A stretch of 18,326 nucleotides of DNA, from assembly GCA_024626585.2 (NCBI GenBank), contig JANKJI020000002.1:138666178-138684503 (forward strand), in the 5' to 3' direction. Source of the stretch: Ginkgo biloba. Lineage: Eukaryota; Plantae; Ginkgophyta. Shown here in pieces: positions 1 through 9,984 of this stretch. Below the pieces are notes generated by a model that had not been told where the DNA came from, made no database searches, and was given only the letters and a program-made list of their open reading frames with translations. How positions within the stretch are numbered: position 1 is the first letter of the stretch; each line of letters starts with the position of its first letter. The position numbers and the translations under genes were made by a program.

Positions 1-456
1 CAATTTCTTAGCATTCAAACTAGCCTCATATGTCACTATAACTATCTCCTAAAATTCTAAATAATATTATAAAACTATAAAAACTATATCCACTAAGTTT
101 TTAAAGATCGAATTCTTATCCTTCTACATTATAGATAAAAGACATTATATTTCTAATTCCATGGTGGGTTTCCAAGAATGTGCATAAGGTTTGTAAGACT
201 ATACAACATGTTTTTGGCACCATATGGCATATTTTTGGTACTGCACATTAATATTTTTGAATAGGCACAATGGGTTTCTTTAACTTATAAATTTTCTAGA
301 TGGATTATCCTTGATGAGTGTATATATTTTTTTTTCCTATGCAACTCCTCTATCCTAACATGAAAACGAAATATTCATGAATGAACTAAACTTACATACA
401 ATATTCAACTAATTCAAAGGTAATAAGATTCAATAATAAGAATCAAGGAATATAAA

Positions 457-1226
457 TTAAAATGGATTTTGAAGAAATACAAATATGTGTTTGAGCCTCC
501 TAATGGCCTTCCACTTAATAAGGATAGTTCCCACTCTATAGACTTAATACCCAACACTCCACTTACAAATGGTATCTTAAACCAAAAATCAATCCTAGAG
601 AATGAGAAAATTAAGTGTCATATTGAGGAAATATTAGAGAAGGGTCACATCAATCCTATTTCATTTCCATGTGGATCATATTTTCTCCTTATTCTAAAGA
701 AGGATGGATTATGGAAAATATGCATAGACTTCTAAGCCATTAATAAAATTATAGTCATATCCTAGATCAATGACCTTCTATATCATCTTCAAAGAGCTCA
801 CTTATTTAGCAAGATTGACCTCAACTTAGGATACCATTAGGTGCATATCAAGGAAGGAGACATTTAGAATATAACTTTCAATACTAGGCAAGGAATTTTT
901 TGAGTGGTTAGTCATGCCTTTTAGGATAACCAAGGCTCTTATCATTTTATGTAGTTTATGAATGATGTTCTTTGACCTTTCTAGATATATTTATGATTGT
1001 TTACCTAGATGATATTATTATGTTTAGTCACACTTTGGAGGAATGCCTTGAGAATTTGAAAAGGGTTATTCACAAGCTGTGACAACATCAGTTGCAAACA
1101 AAAGTAAAGAAATGAATTTTTTCTATGAGTAATATTTCCTATTTAGGATTTATTATTGATGAAAGTGGATTTAGTGTTAATCCCTCTAAGGTTTTTATCC
1201 TAAGGGATTGACCTAATCCCACTAAT
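457..1226 (+). pseudogene. pol: Degenerate Ty3/Gypsy LTR-retrotransposon pol fragment (reverse transcriptase)
   Basis: ORF 469-735 reads VFEPPNGLP..HSIDLIP..EILEKGHINP..KKDGLWKICIDF. Manual translation continues through stops and frameshifts as FSKIDLNLGYH, EWLVMPF, VYLDDII (YLDD at 1002-1013), ISYLGFII and NPSKV..RD*PNPTN. This is the Gypsy RT motif order. It is truncated before RNase H. Confidence 0.93.
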
Positions 1227-1528
1227 CATGGCACTTAATTAGGATAAAATGTGATGCCTGATGGGAGAAAGAGTGGCGCTTATGAGAAGGCATGAAGATG
1301 ATAGTGTGCAACTCAAGAGTCATCTAAGTGCTAGAACTTGTAGTAAAAGGTTAAATTTTTATTTAGTCGTGAGCCACTAAGGTCACCTACACCTTCCCTA
1401 CCTTTATGAGTTAATCATGCATTTGTATTTAGTGAATTATTCTTGATGCAAGTCAATTTCTATCTTATATATACTACCATGAGAGTCATGAAATTATGGA
1501 CTTCATGTGGTTCATTCATATGTATATC

Positions 1529-2170
1529 TGATGCAGGAGCATCCGACGCCCACCTCGTTAGAGTCGATGAGCACCGACGAGAGTGCCAGCCTCGTTAGAG
1601 AAGACAGTGAGGACTGAGCGTGTCAATAGATAGAAAATTGACACCATCAGTGAAGGCCCAATCTGAGATCCATCGATGGAGATAGAGACAAACACCATCA
1701 GTGGAAGCAATAGACGAAAGTTTTTGGAACTCAAACAGACCGACAAGTATCGAAGAGTTAAAGGAGGGGAGACCTTGTCAGTGAGGAGAAAATTGACGAA
1801 AGGGCAGTTAATCACAATGGATCGACATTAGCCAAGACTGATAGAAGACAAGAATGCTTCATGTTGGTAGGCCAGAATGTCATAACCGACAAGGTGAAGG
1901 ATGGCTATGAGAAGGCACTTCTGTGCAAGTGGAAAGCATTAATTGTAGAAGCCGCTGCAGAATTAATATTCACCTAACAGTGTCGTTGAGGAAGGAAAGC
2001 CGTTGTGCGCAGGGGCAGGAGAGTCTGTTGGATCTCAGTCTATAAATAGAACTAGAATGAATCACAAGGAGAGAGAGAGAACGGAGGAAAGCAACGAAGT
2101 GTTGCCGGATTGCAGATTGAACAGAGGAGCATTTGACGAGCCGGTATTCTATTTTAGGAGCAGGACACGA
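1529..2170 (+). mobile_element. Possible LTR fragment of a younger inserted element (unverified)
   Basis: Abrupt switch to GC- and CpG-richer sequence starting at TGATGC. Internal short direct repeats: CCTCGTTAGAG at ~1553/1591 and ACACCATCAGTG at ~1641/1693. TATA-like TATAAATA at 2041-2048. The 3' end is lost in a gap and no partner LTR is seen. Confidence 0.3.
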
Positions 2171-2270
2171 NNNNNNNNNNNNNNNNNNNNNNNNNNNNNN
2201 NNNNNNNNNNNNNNNNNNNNNNNNNNNNNNNNNNNNNNNNNNNNNNNNNNNNNNNNNNNNNNNNNNNNNN

Positions 2271-4637
2271 GAATGCCTCCTACTCATCTATTTTCTCTAA
2301 AGGCCAATCTAGAGGATTAGCAACCCTTTGGGATCCTACTATCCTTCAATTAAATAAAGAGATAAAGTCAAAACATTAGATGTGTCATATCTTCACAATA
2401 ATACAATCTGGAGTAAATCTAAGTATCACTAATGTCTACAACCCAACTTCTAGGCACCTCAAAAGTAATGCTGGCACCCCATAAATCGGGATGTTAAAAA
2501 TAATAACCTTCAAAATTGGATAGTAGGAGGTGACTTAAANNNNNNNNNNNNNNNNNNNNNNNNNNNNNNNNNNNNNNNNNNNNNNNNNNNNNCACTTTAA
2601 AAACCTTTTTGGAATAAGTTATGGAATAAAGAACTTACAAGACATAACTCCAATAGAAGGCACCTTCAACTAGAATAATAGAAAAATGGGAAGAGCCATG
2701 ATTTCTGAAATATTATACAGATTTTTATTCTTGAAGATCCTTCTCTCCAAAGATTTAATCATTCAATCCAGGATTCTTAAATGGTTACTTTTAGACCATT
2801 GGCCAATATCACTAGAATTCACCAACCTTGGGCAAGCTAAAAACATCCCCTTCAATTTTTTTCCATTCTAGACTAATCATAAAGACTTATACTCCCTCAT
2901 CCAAGCTTGGTGGAAGGATTATTCAGTAGAAGGATAAAAAATGTTCATATTCACCCAAAAGCTAAAACACATAAAAAATTAGTTAGAGTCCTAGAGTAAA
3001 GTAACCTATGGAAACATGTTCAAGGAGAAATCAAACCTAGAGCTCTTCCTTACCAACCTGCAAAGGAAAATCTCAGTAGAAAATTACACAAAGGATTATC
3101 TTCAAGAAGATAAATCCATATAGGATAAACTAGACCTCCTATACTCTCAAGAGGAATCTTATTGAAGGTCAAAATCAAGAGAGGTCTGGTTAAAGGAGAG
3201 ATACCATAACTCCTCCTTCTTATATAAATCCACTCAAGAGAGAAGGAAAAAAATCCACATTGGTATATTGACTCAATATAATGGTCAAGTCATCTCCTCT
3301 CTGGAGGACATCAAGAAGGAAGGATTTTCTTATTTCAGAGACCTTCTAACTGAGCAAAGTTGCATCTCAAAGATAATCCAGGAAGAGCTCCTTATACACA
3401 TTCCTATAATCCTCTCTCAAGAATAGGCCTCCTCCCTAGAAGCACCAGTCATGGAAGAATAACTCTCCTTTACCATCTTCAACTCAAAAAAGTACAAGGC
3501 CCCCAAACCTAATGTATTCCAAGCAGATTTTTATTAAGCCACTTGGGAAATTCTAAAATCATATCTTCTCCTAGTAGTGGAAGAATCTTGTATTTCAAGA
3601 TCATTCTTGGGGGAGATCAACACTACCTTTAATTATCTAATTCCCAAAGAAAGGAACCCCATAAGACTTAAAATATTATTGCTAAGGTCATTGAGATCTC
3701 CCTTTGTAACTTAGTTTATAAAATAATATCTAAGATTATCACTAACCACTTAAAGACTATCCTTTCCAACCTTATTTCTATCCATCGGGGTGGATTCCTT
3801 CTAGGGAGACATATTATCGATAATGTAGTCATGGTTCAATAATTGATCCACTATGCTAAATCTTCAAATAAAAAGATCATGGTGGTATAACTTAATATGG
3901 ACAAGTCTTTTGATAGGGTTAATTAAGTCTTCCTGCTTAAAGTCTTAAATAATTTTGGTTTTGGAGATCATTTAGTGAAGTGGATGTCAGCCCATATCTC
4001 CAACCCCTCCTTCTCTATCCTTGTTAATGGATCACCCACCTCCTTCTTTAAAGACTCTAAAGGTTTAAGGTAGGAATGCCCCCTATCCCTAAATCTTTAC
4101 ATCCTTTTAGTAGAAGATTTAGGAAGAATCCTCTCTTTGAAAGTTCAGTCGAGTTATCTTTAGGGAGCATTAATCTCTCTATGTGCTCCCAAGGTTTCCC
4201 ACTCACACTCTGTTAAATGATACAATCTTCCTCAATCAAGCAAGTGTCACTGAAGTAAAAATATTAAAAAGAGTGTTAAACACCTTTATGGAAGCCTCAA
4301 ACACTCTTATCAATGGTGAGAAATCATCGATGTTCTGTTATAACTACTCATTGATTCTCCAAAAAAAAGATATGCAAAGTTCTTAATTTTTAGCCAAGAG
4401 ATAACAAGGTTGGTTTCAAGTATTTAGGGGTTCCCTTAAGACTAAAATATCCTTCCATAAATACTATAGTTGGATCATAGATAGAATTAGAAATCATTTA
4501 TCTTCTTAGTCTTCCAAGTGGCTTAATCTAGCAAGCAAGCTTGTTCTCATCAAGAGCACTCTCTTCTCTCTTTCTATTTTTGTTTTCTCCATCTTAAATT
4601 CTCCCCTTTCAACTTTGGATGAAATTGAAAAAAAAAA
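2271..4637 (+). pseudogene. Degenerate plant L1 LINE ORF2: APE endonuclease plus reverse transcriptase
   Basis: Endonuclease motifs: GQSRGLATLWD (~2302), NVYNP (2431), WIVGGD (~2517), ISEILYRFLF and LDHWPI (2791; SDHxPI). RT motifs: KAPKPNVF, SLCNLVYKIISKII, LNMDKSFDRVN (3891), FSILVNGSP, KGLR*ECPLS (4059), THTLLNDT (4201; decayed FADD), KYLGVPL (4418) and LNLASKLVLIKSTL. Many stops and frameshifts. Confidence 0.93.
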
Positions 4638-5127
4638 TTACACTCCTACAGCTCTGGATAAAAACATTAGTAATCCTGTCTTAACAATTAAAAGTAAGAA
4701 GTTACACATTGGACGTCAAACTTGCTGAGCTCCCAAACAAAATTGCGAAATCCATTTACATTTACCCAGGCACAATTATCCTGGCCTGCCACTATGCCTA
4801 TATAACTTGAGCCAAACCAATATAGCTTTGCCTTTGCCTATACCAAATGACAGTTTAATATGATGGCCAAGAATCTTTATGCAATAGATAGTTAGTCATT
4901 ATTCTACCTCTCATTCCAACCATCCGAATTATGCTGGGGGAGACACTGCTTCGATTTCCCTTGGTAAGGTGTGCTATCAACTCTATGATCCATTACAGAC
5001 AGCACACTTGTCTGTTTCACTGCACTTGCCATCCTCTGTCTAGAATGACTATAGTAGAGATTGTCACTAACTCAAATCTGACCTTTACCCGCCTTTTTCT
5101 CACTCATTATTACTGTTTTATGAGAGC

Positions 5128-5148
5128 AAGCTAACCCCTCCTGAGCTT
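5128..5148 (+). other. Sequence complementary to miR390 (perfect to miRNA positions 1-13)
   Basis: CCCTCCTGAGCTT at 5136-5148 is the exact reverse complement of AAGCUCAGGAGGG. Upstream GCTA (5130-5133) can pair with miRNA nt 15-18 given one bulge and one mismatch. Function is unverified. Confidence 0.4.
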
Positions 5149-5262
5149 TTACCATCCATCCATTTTTCCATTTCATTGATCATGTGCACTTCCATATTTC
5201 ATGACATCAGTGTAAAGTTCTCCTACCTCCACATGTTTCTGCATTTTGGCTTTTCCATCTTT

Positions 5263-5308
5263 TGTGTGTGTGTGTGTGTGTGCATGTGAGAGAGAGAGAG
5301 AGAGAGAG
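5263..5308. repeat. Compound microsatellite (TG)10-CATGT-(GA)10
   Basis: Directly visible in the sequence. Confidence 0.95.
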
Positions 5309-5454
5309 GTTAAGAATGATAGAGAAAGAATGGGGTGACAACACCTACTACCCANNNNNNNNNNNNNNNNNNNNNNNNNNNNNNNNNNNNNNNNNNNNNN
5401 NNNNNNNNNNNNNNNNNNNNNNNNNNNNNNNNNNNNNNNNNNNNNNNNNNNNNN

Positions 5455-6770
5455 TTTCCCCTCTTATTAATTTTCCTCCATTAGTGGAACTAATTCTTAA
5501 ATTCAAATCTAGGGGAATTGATAAACTAGCAGATTTCAACAAAAGAGTCCCAGTTGCAAGTGAAAGAGAGAATATATGGACTTATAATTGGAAATATATA
5601 TAGGATTGGGAGTATTTTAGTATCTAGAAATAATACTATGATCTATTGATGGGTGAACTAAAGGCAAGAATATTCTTCCCCTCAGAGAAAATTGATAGGA
5701 TAATTTGGACAGGTTATAAAAATATGAATGCTTACAACGTCAAAGAAGGTTATGAAATTCTTATCCATAGTAGGGAACCCTCCCTCCCTCTAAAAAAATA
5801 AGTTCTATAATATGGGCTATAATCCTAAGCTTTGGCCCAAAGTAGCTGCATTCTTATGGATTTTAGTCTATAATAAGATTCTAACTTTGGATAACTTAAA
5901 GAAGAAAGGCCTAGCTATCCCTAATAGATGAATTATCTATAAGGAAGAAGAAGAGTTTGTTATGCAATTATTTTTCTATTACAAGTTTTTATCTGAGGTT
6001 TAGAATTCATTGAAATAAGCTATTGGTTGCAACTTCCTTCTAGATGGATGTTTTCCCACTCTCCTAAATAATTGGATGAAGACTTATCTAACAATTCTAA
6101 AGAGGAAACCCAGGTTGAAGAAATCTTGGATTTTGATCCTCCCCTTCATCTATTTGAAGCTCTAAATAGTGAGAAATAACTGTATATTTAAAGACAAGGA
6201 AGTTCAATTCCTTGCTCTTTCCCAAAAAAATCTTCTTGCAATTCAGGATTCTTTCATTGTGAGACCTCCCTATAAAAAGGATAAGGCCTATTGTAGATTC
6301 AATTAACTCTCCTTAATATCCCTCCTCCATATCACCCCCACTACCTCTCCCACTCCTTCTATCCCTCCCTCCATCTCGTTAAATCCCAATTCCTTCCTCC
6401 TATTTTTTTATGGAGCCTTTAAAGGTAAATGGGTCCCAATAGCAGTGGAGGTATTATCATCTTACCCCAAGACCTTTGTAGAATCTGTTTTATTTCATTC
6501 TTGGGATTTGGTACTAATAATGCTACAAATTTTTTTGTGTTAATCATTGGCCTTTGGGTTGCTAAGATCCTTGATTTAACCCCCCTAGAAGTCTACAGCG
6601 ATTCAAACCTTGTCATTTCTTCTCTAAAAATACTTATCCTCTATTAAGAATGTCACATTAACCCCTCTTATTAGAGAATCCCTTCACCTGGCCTCCCTCT
6701 TTCCATCTATTTTCTAGCACCACAACCCAAGAGGCTTAAACTCCCAAGCAAATTCCCTAGAAAATAAAAG
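5455..6770 (+). pseudogene. Degenerate L1 ORF2 C-terminus: zf-RVT zinc-binding region and RNase H domain
   Basis: zf-RVT region: DRIIWTG..YNVKEGY (~5695), PKVAAFLWI (~5836), NKILTLDNLKKKG and PNR*IIYKEEEE (decayed PNRCxLCxxExE). RNase H: FYGAFKG (~6406; FDGA), SGGII, GTNNA (~6510), LEVYSDSNLVI (~6585) and HNPRGLNSQANSL (~6721; HxxRxxNxxADxL). Confidence 0.88.
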
Positions 6771-8774
6771 TGTGATCCTGGATTCTAGCTCTACTTTTTA
6801 TGACTCATTTTCCTTTAGTGGTTCCTCTATCCCCTTCAAATATTTAGACATCCAACGCTTGTTACATCTTCTCTTCCCTTTGGATTAGACCCCCCTCCTA
6901 TCCCAATCTTTCCTTGTTGATGCGTTGCCTTCTTCTTCTCCTTGTAGAGATTCAAGTTCTTTCCCACTTCATCTTCAAGCTCTCTAAATGCTCTTCATTC
7001 TATTGCTAGCTTTGGCTTCTGGCAATGGTGTTCTCTTGACAACTTATGTTAAGGAGGCTCAAAATTTTGATAAAGAAGTCCCAAGTGGTCTTTTCAAATA
7101 TTCAAATCAAAGTCTTGAAGATGGACTATGAATTCAACTTCTAGAAAATTCAATCCCTAAGAAAATTTTTAATCTACTCTTAGTAATGATCTTAGTTGTG
7201 TCCTCAATTTTGGAAGACCTTTACGCCAGGTGGTAAAGTTGATTCACTCTCTATGGAGCTGTTATAGTAGCCTCACAGTAATATGATTTCTTTTAATGGT
7301 GATGTGTGGGTTTTGTGGTGCAGATAAAAAATATTGTTTATTGAAGATGACCTCTTGCTTGGAGGGGCTCAACAACTCCAACATAGCCTTTGGTTTGTTG
7401 TTTTGTAGTTTGGGTTTGCTTTATTTCTTTCAGTTTGTTATTTTGTTTAAGGCTCTTGTGAGATTTTATAGTCTTCTNNNNNNNNNNNNNNNNNNNNNNN
7501 NNNNNNNNNNNNNNNNNNNNNNNNNNNNNNNNNNNNNNNNNNNNNNNNNNNNNNNNNNNNNNNNNNNNNNNNNNNNNCATTTAAGGACCAGATATATTCT
7601 TCAAGAGAATTTTATTCTTCATACTTGTCAACGCGAAGTGTTTGATTTTGTTTTTATAACATGCCACTTGTTAACATCAGAAGTTCTATGATGAACTTAA
7701 TCAATATAAATTCTACATCAACTAGTTAGGCATTCTAAGAAGAATTTCTGACTTTTACAAAAGTGGAGGAGTGTCCTCTCAGTAATTGAGTAGAGAATCA
7801 AAAGAAGCTGTTGCATTGAAGCACAGGTAGGCCTGCCATTTATTGATCACTTTAACAGCTCTTTCAGATTCAAAAAGAGTACTTGAATAAGTTGAAGATA
7901 AGCATTGAGAGCATAGCTATCAGTGCAGAAATTGTGGTTAACTAATCTAGATTTTGAAGAATAAATTTTTGATTCAGAAATGACATTGGAGGGAGTAATC
8001 CATTTACTTTTCTTAAAGGTGGATTTTGTAGGGCTGGAGAAGCCTTACAAATTTCAGTTTTTCTATGGGCAAGGACTGGATTCATATTGAAGTAATCATG
8101 AATTAGGGTACACATGAGAAGACAGAAATTCATTCACGGTTAAAGAGATTGCTACTTCTGTTGATGTTAATACATATCCTGCTAAGGTTGTATGCATAGG
8201 AGGCTTCATTGGTAGTCTTGTGATTAAAGTGGATATTCATTGTGCATGATATTTTCCAAAACATTGTAGTTCTTCAACTGTTATGAACATGAAGTCAATA
8301 ATCTATAGTATGTCAATGACAATGGAGGTAAGGAGTGCACAAGATGGAGCTGATGTGAATAGATCATAATCTGTAGGCATGCATCATCACTCAGATGAAG
8401 TGTGGGCTGAAGTTTGTCCATGTCCTATTCTTGAAGCCCATGTTAGTGACAATACAAGAAAAATAGCTGCATTGAGAACCCAAACACATGCTATTTGATA
8501 ATCATAGTTTTGAGTATTTTTTGGATGGCATTGGGTTTCAAATGTGCTGGCAGAGAGTATCTACTTGTAGGCAAAAGTCAAGATGTTTTGCTCTTCCTTT
8601 GTTAGCAGGTTGTTGGTATCTTTTAGTGTTTGATAAGCTCATTGAATTCTAGAATCTTAACTTTCATTGAATTGNNNNNNNNNNNNNNNNNNNNNNNNNN
8701 NNNNNNNNNNNNNNNNNNNNNNNNNNNNNNNNNNNNNNNNNNNNNNNNNNNNNNNNNNNNNNNNNNNNNNNNNN

Positions 8775-9393
8775 CACATAGGGCGATTGCAATGACGGTT
8801 TGTAGTTACGGGGGTTCCTACCTTCAGAAAATAATGAGGGTAGCAAAAGCAAACAGCTAGATGGCGGTTACATAGCGTAATTGTGGTGATGGTTCACAAT
8901 TAAAGGGGTCCTACCTTCAAAAAAACAATAGAGATAGAAAAAACAGGTAGCTAGATAATGGTCACATAGTATAGTTGCAATGACAGTTTGTAATTACGAG
9001 GGGTTCTACCTTCAAAAAATAGTGAGAGGAGCGAGAAGTCAACGCATGCAGCTAAATCGTGTTCACATGGTGGGAATGAAGGTAGCAGTTTAAGACTCAA
9101 ACGAATTCCCGCCTTCAAAAGAGAGTGAGGGAAGCAGATAGACAATAAATTCTAACTTCAAAAGATAGTGCAGGTAGTAGACAGGCAATAAATTCCACCT
9201 TCACAAGATAGTGACAATAGCAAAAAGGCAACAAATTCCACCTTCCAAAGATAGTAAGGGTAGCAGATAGGCAATGAATTCCACCTTCAAAAGAACATGT
9301 AAGTAGTATAACACAATATTTGCATTCACAGAATGTTGAGGGTAGTAGAGTAGAGCATCTACCTTCACAAAATACTAAGGGTAACAGAGCAAT
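8775..9393 (-). repeat. Tandem array of dyad-containing units (about 3x94 bp, 5x43 bp, 2x39 bp) in the 3' region of the minus-strand Gypsy copy
   Basis: (C/T)ACATAG recurs at 8775/8869/8963 (period 94). AATTC recurs at 9104/9148/9191/9234/9277 (period 43-44). TTCACA recurs at 9325/9364 (period 39). The units share variants of the core CTACCTTCA-N8-TGAGGGTAG, e.g. 8818-8843. Confidence 0.9.
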
Positions 9394-9396
9394 GAA

Positions 9397-9412
9397 TATA
9401 TATATATATATA
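9397..9412. repeat. (AT)8 microsatellite
   Basis: Directly visible. It mirrors the TA run at ~11624-11643 in the opposite arm. Confidence 0.9.
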
Positions 9413-9547
9413 TTCTTTTTCTATGTAGATTTTTTTAACATATATTACTAAATACAAATATATTTCTTGAAAGAAGTAANNNNNNNNNNNNNNNNNNNNN
9501 NNNNNNNNNNNNNNNNNNNNNNNNNNNNNNNNNNNNNNNNNNNNNNN

Positions 9548-9972
9548 CTCAAAGGCTTTTGATATGTATGCAAGCAATAACCATTTGCAAAAAGTTCTTA
9601 ACTAGATTTGTCGATGGTAGTAGCAAGGCAAACGGTGCCATTCCAATAAGCCTCCTTAATCTCATAGGGTTCCATCCATCGTATCTGCAATTTGCTTGGG
9701 AAATCTCCAAATTGGGAATCATATAATAAGGTCCAATCACAGAATGAAAGGTCTTATGTAGAATGTACTAGTTGTGCCAACGCTTCAGTTGTTGTTGTAG
9801 CAATTGCATCTGCAACCAAGCTTCCCCCCAAAATTCTTCCAGGTCATTCAATTGGGGAATTTGTTGTTTTTGTGCTTTCAACAAGCGAATCCCCAACTGG
9901 CTAGCTATTTTTAGAGTCTTGATTTCGAATTCAATAGGAAAAATGGCATGCTTACCATAAACCAGCTCGAAA
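9548..9972 (-). pseudogene. pol: Gypsy (Athila-like) integrase C-terminal fragment, inverted homolog of ~10995-11435
   Basis: ORF 9768-9977 reads FELVYGKHAIFPIEFEIKTL..QLNDLEE..KRWHN. After a frameshift it continues DWTLLYDSQFGDFPSKLQIRWMEPYEI..LFANGYCLHTYQKPL, a decayed GPF/Y module. Confidence 0.9.
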
Positions 9973-9984
9973 TTCATAACCTAG

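Noticed and set aside
1-456. Gypsy protease remnant upstream of RT
   Set aside because: The position fits, but no intact D(S/T)G motif could be read.
4628-4637. LINE poly(A) tail
   Set aside because: It lies mid-ORF2 at EIEKK codons, and ORF2 homology resumes downstream.
4638-5354. Canonical TAS3 gene
   Set aside because: No TTCTTGACCTTGTAAG tasiARF core is present and only one strong miR390 site is seen. Kept only as a hypothesis.
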